Assembly: GCA_015063895.1 (NCBI GenBank)
Contig: SVTG01000008.1
Location: 156-64,155, forward strand
From: Oscillospiraceae bacterium
GTDB taxonomy: Bacteria > Bacillota > Clostridia > Oscillospirales > CAG-272
Length of the DNA: 64,000 nucleotides
Direction of reading: 5' to 3'
In this document: piece after piece, positions 38,489 through 46,736 of the stretch
Position numbering within the stretch: position 1 is the first letter of the stretch
Layout of the letters: each line of letters starts with the position of its first letter
Made by a program: the position numbers and the translations under genes
Notes under the pieces: model-generated
What the model was told of the DNA's origin: nothing
Database searches by the model: none
The model's input: the letters and a program-made list of their open reading frames with translations, nothing else

Positions 38489-39841
38489 TTACTGCTTCAA
38501 AAACAGTATCTTGCCGTGCGGCACGGTAAAGGTGTCGGCCAGCATGTCATTCTGACGGTCCCTCCAGGGGGAGGAGAGCTTGAGGGTATAGGGCGCATTG
38601 GTAAAGTTAGACACCACAAGATAGCGCGCTTCGTTTACAAACATAGAGGCATATACGTCCTCCTGCAGGGGAGAAAGAATGTCGGCACACTCGCGCAGCT
38701 CAATGAAGGCCAGCGTGTTGTCCGTGACCATCGGGCGGTACAGGGCAAGATACCTGCACCAGCGCGGATAATCCTCCACGTCGTCGGGGATCGACGACCA
38801 AAGCGAGTAGGTGTAGGGGCCGTTCGGGTGTGCCTTCATATAGTCGCCGATTTTTTTGTTAAAGGCGTATTCAGGCCCCATGCCGTTTTCGTTACCGTAG
38901 TAGGGGATATTCTCCTCAATGCGCTTGCCGAGCAGTGGTCTGCCGCGCGAGGTGAGCAGAGGAAACTGCAAAAACGGGATCACCGAGGCGTAATAAAGCT
39001 CGGGGTCCTGCGTTTTTAGCTTTTCCTTGTCGGGACAGGGAACAACGTAATCGGCAAAGTCTTTGCCCACACCAACGTTCATTTCGTGAATGTTTTCGCC
39101 GATCCAAAGGTAGTCGTACACCTTATCTACGCAGGGAATCGGGTTGTTGCGGCTGCGATGCAGCTTGTAGATGCCGCCGCGTCGTTTTACCTCGTGGTAG
39201 ATGGTAGAAAGCAGATCCTCGCATTCGGGGTCGTAGCCGTCAAACCCTTCACGCGCAAGGCCGCCGTTTACGCGGTATTGGCTATCGTAGCCCATGTCGT
39301 TAAAGATGCCGTCGAAATCGTAGCGGTCAAGCACGGCAAAGGTGCGGGGGAGCAGATACTCCCTCCACTCGGCACTGCCCATAGAGCAGGTGCGGTACTT
39401 GAAATGCATACCGTTGATACAGCGCTTTTCACTCACCGTAAACCTTTCATCAAAATCGGGATCAAGCTCGTGAAAATATCCGGAGGAGATATAGGGAATG
39501 ATCTTGATACCAAAGGAGTGCGAAAGCTCAATAAAGCGCTCAAGCCCCTTGGGGTCGTGGCAGGTGAACTTGTCGGCACCGAGGTGACGGATAGGGTCGT
39601 TCCATTCCTCATGGATCTGAATTAATTCCACACCGTTTGCCGCCATGTCGCGCAGCATCTCGCGGTCGTAATCGGTGGGAGTAATGGAAAACGGTGCGGG
39701 GTAGTCCCCAAGGTTATATACCGCCTGCCCCGGCAAGTACTCATGAATGCGCTTGCGGCGCAGATATTTTTTGTTGCCAAGCTCGGATCTGTTGATATTA
39801 TCGATGCGTGCCCGATGTTCTTCTAAGCTTAAAAATTTCAT
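38489..39841 (-). CDS. hypothetical protein, possibly a TIM-barrel glycoside-hydrolase-like enzyme
   Basis: 450-aa ORF with clean codon usage and an alternating beta/alpha pattern (GVELIQIHEEWND, GIKIIPYISSGYF, FDGIFNDMGYD). I recognise no family. Confidence 0.4.
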   Translation of the reverse strand: MKFLSLEEHRARIDNINRSELGNKKYLRRKRIHEYLPGQAVYNLGDYPAPFSITPTDYDREMLRDMAANGVELIQIHEEWNDPIRHLGADKFTCHDPKGLERFIELSHSFGIKIIPYISSGYFHELDPDFDERFTVSEKRCINGMHFKYRTCSMGSAEWREYLLPRTFAVLDRYDFDGIFNDMGYDSQYRVNGGLAREGFDGYDPECEDLLSTIYHEVKRRGGIYKLHRSRNNPIPCVDKVYDYLWIGENIHEMNVGVGKDFADYVVPCPDKEKLKTQDPELYYASVIPFLQFPLLTSRGRPLLGKRIEENIPYYGNENGMGPEYAFNKKIGDYMKAHPNGPYTYSLWSSIPDDVEDYPRWCRYLALYRPMVTDNTLAFIELRECADILSPLQEDVYASMFVNEARYLVVSNFTNAPYTLKLSSPWRDRQNDMLADTFTVPHGKILFLKQ

Positions 39842-39957
39842 TTGTTACTCCTTTGTCGCAGCAACCGGGTGAGTGTGCTTTGTATATAAAACAGTATAGC
39901 AGTCAAGGCGGACAAGGTCAATAGCTCTTTGTATTTTTGTAAATTTTATCACCAAGT

Positions 39958-40005
39958 AAGCAAAACCCCAAAAGCGAGGCGCAACGCACCTCGCTTTTGG
40001 GGCTT
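39958..40005 (-). terminator. intrinsic terminator
   Basis: CCCCAAAAGCGAGG/CCTCGCTTTTGGGG, followed on the minus strand by TTTTGCTT. Confidence 0.8.
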
Positions 40006-40007
40006 TA

Positions 40008-41015
40008 TCAGCCGTTGGCATAGATCTTATCAACCAGCTCCTGTACGCGCACAGCGCGCTCGGCAAGGGTATAGTCGAGCTTGCCACTTGTGACCAGCGC
40101 GGTGAAGGCTGCCAGCTGGCGGCGGTACATATTGTTATCGGGGTTGCCCTCGTAGCAAACGGGCTCGTCGGTGGTGCGGTTTTGCGCCGCCTCATAATCG
40201 CCCTGCGGGCAGAAGAGGTGGGAGAGCACACCGCCGTCCTCCTGAGAAAGCGTACCGCGGCAGATGATATAGCCCTTGTCGCCATAGATCTCCAGCTTGC
40301 TTTCACTTGCCTTGTCGGGAATGTTAAAGTTGCAGTCGAGGTGACCGAGCACGCCGCTTTCGGTCTTGAAGATCACCACGGCGCTGTCCTCCACCTCATA
40401 GGAGAAGGTCTTGGTGGCAAGATAGCCCTTGACCTCAGCGATCGGCTCACCCAATACGTCCTCCACCAGCTCGAGGCAATGTACGCCAAGGTCCATCAGC
40501 GCGCCGCCTCCGCCAAGTGCGCGGTTTTGGCGCCACGCCCCCGCAATATCGGGGTACCAGCAGGTAAACTGTGCGCGCAGGCTGACGGGCGCACCGATCC
40601 CTCCCTCGCGGATCAGCTCCTTGGCCTTTTCGTGCAGGGAGTGATATTTCATCATATACCCGATCGAAAGCTGCTTGCCTGCGGCGCGGAATTTTTCCAG
40701 CAGCTCGCGGCTTTCACGCCCCGAAAGGCATACGGGCTTTTCCAGAAAGACGTGATAACCAAGGCCGAGCGCCAGCTCTGCCTGTGCCTTGTGGCAGAAT
40801 ACGGGCGTGCTGATATAAACGGCATCGGCCACAACGGTCTTCAGCATTTCGGCCTCGTCGGTAAAAAAGGGCACGCCGTATTTTTCACCCACTGCCTTTG
40901 CCGCGGCGGGTGCCTTGTCCATCACGGCAACCAGCTCGTTTTGCTTATCCGTTAACAGTGCGGGGATCGTTCTTCTGTCAGCGATGCCGCCTGCACCGAT
41001 CACACACCATTTCAT
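40008..41015 (-). CDS. Gfo/Idh/MocA-family oxidoreductase
   Basis: Start at ATG 41015 behind GGAGGA. MKWCVIGAGGIADRRTIPAL Rossmann start, EKP motif (FLEKPVCL). Confidence 0.85.
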   Translation of the reverse strand: MKWCVIGAGGIADRRTIPALLTDKQNELVAVMDKAPAAAKAVGEKYGVPFFTDEAEMLKTVVADAVYISTPVFCHKAQAELALGLGYHVFLEKPVCLSGRESRELLEKFRAAGKQLSIGYMMKYHSLHEKAKELIREGGIGAPVSLRAQFTCWYPDIAGAWRQNRALGGGGALMDLGVHCLELVEDVLGEPIAEVKGYLATKTFSYEVEDSAVVIFKTESGVLGHLDCNFNIPDKASESKLEIYGDKGYIICRGTLSQEDGGVLSHLFCPQGDYEAAQNRTTDEPVCYEGNPDNNMYRRQLAAFTALVTSGKLDYTLAERAVRVQELVDKIYANG

Positions 41016-41252
41016 ACTCTTTTCCTCCATTTCAAAAAGGGGTGAAGCGTTAGATGCAGAAGACGCGTTCTCGGTGCGATAGGCGTATATGATACGTTGC
41101 GTGCCGAGAACGCGTCGAAAAAGCACACATAAAATTTGAAATTCGCAAGAATTTCTACCTTAAAAGCTGCTTTGCTGCCCGGTTTTCATGAAAAAATCGG
41201 TTCCTTTTAACCTATTCTGTGTGCTTTTGGTCTGCGCTAACGATCCAGCCCT

Positions 41253-42032
41253 TTAGCGATTTACGTCACCGTTGGTGGTGATACCGCCGTCAGCGCGGAT
41301 AATGGCACCGTTCACGTAAGAGGCGTCGTCGGAGCAGAGCCAGCAAGCGATGGCAGCAATGTCCTCGGGCGTGCCCCAGCGGCGAATGGGTGTAACCATT
41401 TCAAGGAACTTCTCGTTGTTGAAGGCGGGGTTGTTGAGATTGCTCTGCTTGACCATCTCGGTGAGAATGGCAGCGGGAGCGATGCAGTTGGTGCGGATAT
41501 TGTACTTGCCGTAGTCGACTGCAAGCGAGCGCGTGAGGGAGATCATTGCGCCCTTGGTCGCCGTGTAGGCAGCGCATTCGGGAATACCCGTCACACCCGC
41601 AGAGGAGGCGGTGTTGATGATAGAGCCGCCGTTTGCCGTCATAAAGGGCAGCGCTGCGCGGGTCACGAGATAGGTGCCCGTGAGGTTAATGCCGATGATG
41701 CGGTCCCAGATATTGGGGGCGATATTGCCAAGAGGGCCGTCACGGCCGTCAAGGAATACCGAGGCGTTGTTGTAAACGCCGTCGATGCGGTCGGTCACGG
41801 CCGCGATCTTTGCAAAGGCGGCAGCCACAGACTGCTCGGAGGAAATGTCGGTCTGCACGAAAAGCGAGTCAAAGCCCTTGGCCTTCAGCTCAGCGGCAGC
41901 TGCCGCGCAGGCAGCCTCGTTGACGTCAAGGCCGAGCACGAATGCACCCTCCTCGGCGAAGCGGCGCGAGGCGGCAAGGCCGATGCCGCCTGCGGCACCC
42001 GTGATCACGATATATTTGTTTTTCAGCATCAT
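41253..42032 (-). CDS. SDR-family oxidoreductase
   Basis: ITGAAGGIG, NNAS, and YTATKGAM (YxxxK). 259 aa. Confidence 0.88.
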   Translation of the reverse strand: MMLKNKYIVITGAAGGIGLAASRRFAEEGAFVLGLDVNEAACAAAAAELKAKGFDSLFVQTDISSEQSVAAAFAKIAAVTDRIDGVYNNASVFLDGRDGPLGNIAPNIWDRIIGINLTGTYLVTRAALPFMTANGGSIINTASSAGVTGIPECAAYTATKGAMISLTRSLAVDYGKYNIRTNCIAPAAILTEMVKQSNLNNPAFNNEKFLEMVTPIRRWGTPEDIAAIACWLCSDDASYVNGAIIRADGGITTNGDVNR

Positions 42033-42042
42033 AGCGGTATCC

Positions 42043-42963
42043 TCACTTGAGCAGAGCGCGAATGCTGTCGGCAATGCCGTCAGCCTGCAGACCGTACTGG
42101 CCGCGGATCCAAGCCTGGCCGCCGATCTTTGCGACGTTCACGTCGGGGAAGGCAAGGCGCTTGAACTTCTTGGGGCAAAGGCTCTCGTCGGCAATGACCT
42201 CTGCTACGGCTGCGCCCAGACCGCCGATGATATTGTGCTCCTCAACGGTCACGATACCGCCCGTGTTCTTGCAGGCGTCGGCAATGGCTTCCTTGTCGAT
42301 GGGCTTGATGGTGTGCATGCTGACAATGCGGCAGGTAATGCCCTCGGCGGCAAGCATATCGGCAGCCTTTACGACCTCGGTGCCGATCGGGCCGCAGAAC
42401 ATCAGCGTGATATCCTTACCCTCGCGCACGGTGTTTGCCTTACCGATCTTGAAGTCGATGGGGCCCTGGTGGATATCCTTCTCACCCTTATAGCCGCAAC
42501 GGTAGTAGAAGGGGCCGTTGTGCTCGATCATGGCGTGGGTGGCGGCAACAGCCTCGTAGTTATCGCAGGGAACCTCAATGACGATATTGGGCAGCGCGCG
42601 CATAATGGCAAGGTCCTCGGTCGAGTGATGCGACATACCGAGTGCACCGTAGGAAACGCCGCCGCCGATAATGACGATCTTGACGTTTGCATCGTGGTAG
42701 CAGACGTCGTTTCTGATCTGCTCAAGGCAGCGCAGGGTGGGGAAGTTTGCAATGCTGTAGGTAACGGCAATGTTGCCCTCCATCGCGATGCCGCAGGCAA
42801 CGCCGGTCATATTCTGCTCGGCAACGCCTACATTGTAATAGCGATCCGGGAAGGTATCACGGAAGGGCTCGATCTCGCCAAAGCCGATATCGGCCAGCAC
42901 CATATGAATACGGGGGTCCTTTTTTGCAATCTCAAGTAAGGTCTTATTAAATACGGCTCTCAT
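42043..42963 (-). CDS. transketolase, C-terminal (pyrimidine-binding) subunit
   Basis: 306 aa with GVAEQNMTGVACG and PCDNYE blocks. 4-nt overlap with the N-terminal subunit gene. Confidence 0.88.
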   Translation of the reverse strand: MRAVFNKTLLEIAKKDPRIHMVLADIGFGEIEPFRDTFPDRYYNVGVAEQNMTGVACGIAMEGNIAVTYSIANFPTLRCLEQIRNDVCYHDANVKIVIIGGGVSYGALGMSHHSTEDLAIMRALPNIVIEVPCDNYEAVAATHAMIEHNGPFYYRCGYKGEKDIHQGPIDFKIGKANTVREGKDITLMFCGPIGTEVVKAADMLAAEGITCRIVSMHTIKPIDKEAIADACKNTGGIVTVEEHNIIGGLGAAVAEVIADESLCPKKFKRLAFPDVNVAKIGGQAWIRGQYGLQADGIADSIRALLK

Positions 42964-43772
42964 TTTACTTCACCTCTTATCTTAGCAATTACGTCGTCGA
43001 TCTTCTCGTCGGGAACAAAGCGATAGTGCGACTCAACGGTGTTTTCAAGGTAGTCAATGCCCTTGGCCTTGGTGGTGTGTGCGATCACAAACGAGGGCTT
43101 GCCCTTCTCAAAGGGAACGGCGGAAAGGGCGTCGTAAAGCTCCTCCACGCTGTGACCGTCAACCTCGCGCACAGCCCAGCCGAAGTTCTGCATACGCTCA
43201 GCCAGGGGCGAAAGGTCCTCGATATCCTTTGCAAAACCAAGTGCCTGGATCTTGTTGTAGTCAAGAATGAGAATGAGGTTGTCAAGCTTTTCCTGTGCGG
43301 CGAACATAATGGCCTCCCAGGTGGAGCCCTCGTTCATATCGCCGTCGCTCGTCAGGCAAAATACGCGGCGGTCGGACTTTGCGTAGCGTGCGGCAATGGC
43401 CATGCCGACAGCGACGGGCAGACCGTGCCCCAGGGACCCCGTGGAAAACTCAACGCCGGGCACCTTGTGGCTGATGTGGCCCATCAGCTTGCCGTCGTCG
43501 CAGTAGTAACGGGAAAGCCACTCCTCGGGGATAAAGCCCTTTTGTGCGAGTGCCGAGTATACGCCTGCGGCGGCGTGACCCTTACTTAAGATAAAGCGGT
43601 CGCGGTCGGGCGCCTTGGGATTTTTGGGGTCAACTCTTAAGATCTTTTCGTAAAGAACCGCGATAATCTCAGCCATCGAGAGCATACTGCCCACGTGACC
43701 GCTGTGCGCGGCATTTGTCATTTTGACGCTATCCACGCGGATTTGCGTGGCGATCTGCTTGCATTTTTCCAT
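42960..43772 (-). CDS. transketolase, N-terminal (TPP-binding) subunit
   Basis: SGHVGSMLSMAEI, SKGHAAAG, and GSLGHGL...SDGDMNEG. Confidence 0.88.
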   Translation of the reverse strand: MEKCKQIATQIRVDSVKMTNAAHSGHVGSMLSMAEIIAVLYEKILRVDPKNPKAPDRDRFILSKGHAAAGVYSALAQKGFIPEEWLSRYYCDDGKLMGHISHKVPGVEFSTGSLGHGLPVAVGMAIAARYAKSDRRVFCLTSDGDMNEGSTWEAIMFAAQEKLDNLILILDYNKIQALGFAKDIEDLSPLAERMQNFGWAVREVDGHSVEELYDALSAVPFEKGKPSFVIAHTTKAKGIDYLENTVESHYRFVPDEKIDDVIAKIRGEVK

Positions 43773-43958
43773 TGCACGTTCTCCTCATTTATCAGTATTC
43801 GGGGCAGCAGCCCCTATGGATAGCCGTGCGGCTACAGTTTCATTCTACCGATTTTGGCGGAATTTATCAATACGTAATGCACCACAAAAAGTTCAATATC
43901 GTTCATTTGTTTCTCTTTCAATCTTGCATTTTGCAGCAGTGCGTGCTATACTGAAGGC

Positions 43959-44876
43959 ATGAAATACATTCCCTTTAAGCTGCCGTCGGTTTTGGTGGTG
44001 GAAAAACTGGTTACGGTGCATTATTTTGAATTTTCAAAGAATTTTTATTATCCACCCGAGGCACATGATTTCTGGGAGCTGCATTACGTAGACAAGGGCT
44101 CGGCCATCAGCATATCCAATGGGGAGAGGACCGTGCTGACACAGGGCGACTTGCTGCTGCACCCGCCTATGACCACGCATCAGATCATCACGGACGGTGA
44201 AAGTCTGCCAAACGTATGCGTGGTGTCCTTTGTGCTGAAGCCTGCCGACCCGCCCTTTTTAGCAATGGGGAAAATGCATCTTGATGCCGAGGCGCGCAGC
44301 GTAATGAAGCGGTTTTTGACCGAGGCAGGGCATTTGTTTGATCTGTCAAAAAGCGATCCCGCCGCACACCGTATGCGCACCCGTGTGGCGCCCCCGCTTG
44401 GCACCGCACAGCTCTGCCGCCTGTATCTTGAGGAGCTGCTGCTGCTTTTGGGTCGCAGCAACGCACAGCCCGATATTGCCCGCACGCCCATTTTGCTTTC
44501 CGACAGCTGCAATGACCCGCTTGTACGGGATATGGTGCTCTATATGCAGGAAAACCTGACCAAAAACCTTACCATTGCAGATTTTTGTAAGCGCTTTTCC
44601 TACGGTAAAACGCATCTGTGCACCAAGTTTTCCGAGGTGACAGGCAAGACCATCAACGCGTATTTTATCGAGCTGAAGATCATCGCTGCCAAGCAGATCA
44701 TTCGTGAGCAAAGCAGCTCGCGTGAGCTTTTCGCACGCGTGGCGGACCTGCTCGGCTTCAGCAGCCCCTCGTATTTTTACTATACCTTCAAGCGCCTGAC
44801 GGGTATGACACCCACGCAGTATTTCAAAAGCGTGCATCAATATGATTTTGAAAAGGATAGTGGCGCTTCCACTTAA
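43959..44876 (+). CDS. AraC-family transcriptional regulator (cupin plus HTH)
   Basis: C-terminal ...SSPSYFYYTFKRLTGMTPTQYFK. Divergent from the transketolase operon. Confidence 0.85.
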   Translation: MKYIPFKLPSVLVVEKLVTVHYFEFSKNFYYPPEAHDFWELHYVDKGSAISISNGERTVLTQGDLLLHPPMTTHQIITDGESLPNVCVVSFVLKPADPPFLAMGKMHLDAEARSVMKRFLTEAGHLFDLSKSDPAAHRMRTRVAPPLGTAQLCRLYLEELLLLLGRSNAQPDIARTPILLSDSCNDPLVRDMVLYMQENLTKNLTIADFCKRFSYGKTHLCTKFSEVTGKTINAYFIELKIIAAKQIIREQSSSRELFARVADLLGFSSPSYFYYTFKRLTGMTPTQYFKSVHQYDFEKDSGAST

Positions 44877-44915
44877 AAAAGAGAGCACAAAACACTGTTT
44901 TGTGCTCTTTTTTTA
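44875..44915. terminator. bidirectional terminator (copy 1)
   Basis: AGAGCACAAAA/TTTTGTGCTCT flanked by A6 and T7 runs. Confidence 0.85.
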
Positions 44916-45566
44916 TTAAAATTTTGCCAGCTCGTCCTTTAAGATCTCGCGGAAATAGTCGGCAAATACGTCGTAGCCCTTTTGATTGTAATGGATGCCG
45001 TCCTCCACAAAAAGTGTGGGATCCCACAGCGGCTTGTGCTGCAGGGGATCGAAAAAGTGGCAGTTCGGCGTTTTTTCGGCGATCTCGCGGATGCGGTCGC
45101 TATACGCCACACGGCTTGCCATCGGCACGTCTGCCTCGGCTACCGTAAAGGGTGCACCCATCAAATAGATCGGCATGTCGGGGAAGTCGGTGCGTGCATA
45201 AGCGATCACACGCTCGGCAAGCAGGAGGGATTCTGCATCGTCATAGCCGAAATAAGGGCCGTTGCCCCAGCTGCCGTAAACCAGCACACGGGGTGCAAGG
45301 GGCCTGATCATGTCGTGATAGTGATAGAGCTGATGCTCGGGACAGCTGCCGCCAAAGCCGCGATTGATGCAACAGGGTGCACCGCTTTTGCCAAGCAGCA
45401 CGTCACGCAGAGGCGTGTGATCCCAGCGTGCGGGAGTCGTCAGATCCTTGCCCCAACGGGTGAAATAAGAGGGGCCGTAGAATACGATCTGCCCTTGGGG
45501 GGCATTCTCCGCGTCAAAGGCTACTTGGTATTTTTTAAACATATCTAACTGTGTGATAACGGGCAT
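44916..45566 (-). CDS. SGNH-type hydrolase (GPS variant of the GDS block), paralog 1
   Basis: 216 aa with block I IVFYGPSYF, block III VYGSWGNG and block V EDGIHYN. RBS AAGGAGAG. Confidence 0.65.
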   Translation of the reverse strand: MPVITQLDMFKKYQVAFDAENAPQGQIVFYGPSYFTRWGKDLTTPARWDHTPLRDVLLGKSGAPCCINRGFGGSCPEHQLYHYHDMIRPLAPRVLVYGSWGNGPYFGYDDAESLLLAERVIAYARTDFPDMPIYLMGAPFTVAEADVPMASRVAYSDRIREIAEKTPNCHFFDPLQHKPLWDPTLFVEDGIHYNQKGYDVFADYFREILKDELAKF

Positions 45567-45665
45567 AACGGTCTCTCCTTTTTTATTGGTTGGATTGTAT
45601 TATAGCATTTTTTTGCGTGAGTGTCTTTATACGATCGGGCAAGTTTTTTGCACGATTTGAGCAAT

Positions 45666-45812
45666 TTAAACGCCGATCTCCTCATAGATCTCAAGCAGAC
45701 GCTCCTCAGCCTCGGTCTTTCGTGCGTCAAGTGCGGCCGCACGGGTGTAGTCGCTGGCGGCCTCACCAAACAGCTCCTTATCGATGGCGGCAAGCTCTGC
45801 CTCCAGCGCCTC
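45666..45812 (-). pseudogene. truncated copy of the last 48 codons of the ABC-F gene
   Basis: Translates to EALEAELAAIDKELFGEAASDYTRAAALDARKTEAEERLLEIYEEIGV*, identical to the C-terminus of the 46737..48686 product. No start codon; an in-frame stop lies at 45819-45821. Confidence 0.9.
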
Positions 45813-45918
45813 GTATTTTTACTATACCTTCAAGCGCCTGACGGGCATGACCCCGACACAGTATTTCAAAAGCGTGCACCAGTACGATTTTGAAAAGGAT
45901 AGTGGCGCTTCCACTTAA
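45811..45918 (+). pseudogene. truncated copy of the last 35 codons of the araC-type gene
   Basis: Translates to SYFYYTFKRLTGMTPTQYFKSVHQYDFEKDSGAST*, identical to the C-terminus of the 43959..44876 product. No upstream coding continuation. Confidence 0.9.
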
Positions 45919-45957
45919 AAAAGAGAGCACAAAACACTGTTTTGTGCTCTCTTTTTA
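45917..45957. terminator. bidirectional terminator (copy 2)
   Basis: Same stem as 44882-44908, shifted by 1042 bp. Confidence 0.8.
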
Positions 45958-46608
45958 TTAAAATTTTGCCAGCTCGTCCTTTAAGATCTCGCGGAAATAG
46001 TCGGCGAACAGCTCAAATCCTCTTTGGTTATAGTGTACGCCGTCCTCAACGAAAATGTCGGGATCGCACAGGGGCTTATATTCAAGGGGATTGAAGAAAT
46101 GACAGTTGGGGAAGCGCTGGGCGATCTTGCGCAGCTTGTCGTTGTAGACCTCTCGCACGGTCAGGGGATGCAGGGCCTTTCTGATATAGTGCGCACCCAT
46201 CAGATAGATCGGCATATCGGGGAAATCGGTGCGCGCATAGGCGATCACGCGCTCCGCTAACTCCAAGGCCTCGTCGTCGCTGTAGCCGAAGGCCTCGCTG
46301 TTGCCCCAGCTGCCGTAAACCAGCACGCGGGGAGCAAGGGACCTTACCATACGGGGATAGTAATAAAGCTGATGCTCAGGGCAACTGGAGCCAAAGCCAC
46401 GGTTGATGCAGCAGCGGGCGCCGCTTTTACCAAGCAACGCTTCTTCTAAGGGCGTATTTCCCCATCTTTCGCTCCAGCGCGTAAAATAGGAGGGGCCGTA
46501 AAAAACGATCTGCCCCTGCGGGTCGTTTTGCGCCTCGTAGGCTAACACGCTTTTTTCAAGCGAGGTGTTCCATATGTCAATGTACTGTAATCCAACGCGA
46601 ACAGGCAT
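45958..46608 (-). CDS. SGNH-type hydrolase, paralog 2
   Basis: Start at ATG 46608 behind AAGGAGC. 216 aa, same blocks as paralog 1, and the identical C-terminal FADYFREILKDELAKF. Confidence 0.65.
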   Translation of the reverse strand: MPVRVGLQYIDIWNTSLEKSVLAYEAQNDPQGQIVFYGPSYFTRWSERWGNTPLEEALLGKSGARCCINRGFGSSCPEHQLYYYPRMVRSLAPRVLVYGSWGNSEAFGYSDDEALELAERVIAYARTDFPDMPIYLMGAHYIRKALHPLTVREVYNDKLRKIAQRFPNCHFFNPLEYKPLCDPDIFVEDGVHYNQRGFELFADYFREILKDELAKF

Positions 46609-46676
46609 AATATAAGCTCCTTTTCCTTTCTTGCCGCCGATTACTTGGCAGCTTGGCTTTAGTATAAGATATCTGC

Positions 46677-46735
46677 TTGGCTTTGTCAACCTATAAATTG
46701 TAGAATTTGGCTTTGTTATCCTACAAATTGCAGAT
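46677..46735. promoter_or_regulatory. two tandem ~30-bp repeats, each with an imperfect palindrome CTAnAAATTGnAG (candidate operators)
   Basis: TTGGCTTTGTCAACCTATAAATTGTAGAA and TTGGCTTTGTTATCCTACAAATTGCAGAT match at 24 of 29 positions. A third TTGGCTTT half-site lies at 46653. Confidence 0.45.
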
Positions 46736-46736
46736 G

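Larger units (their letters stand above)
44767..45808. repeat. tandem segmental duplication, unit 1 (1042 bp)
   Basis: Runs from CCTCG inside the araC-type gene to the junction. Confidence 0.85.

Noticed and set aside
45590-45893. Plus-strand ORFs (83 and 90 aa) and a minus-strand ORF (45545-45793) across the duplication junction.
   Set aside because: They read out of frame through the two gene fragments. They have no RBS, and the in-frame translations of the fragments match the parental genes instead.
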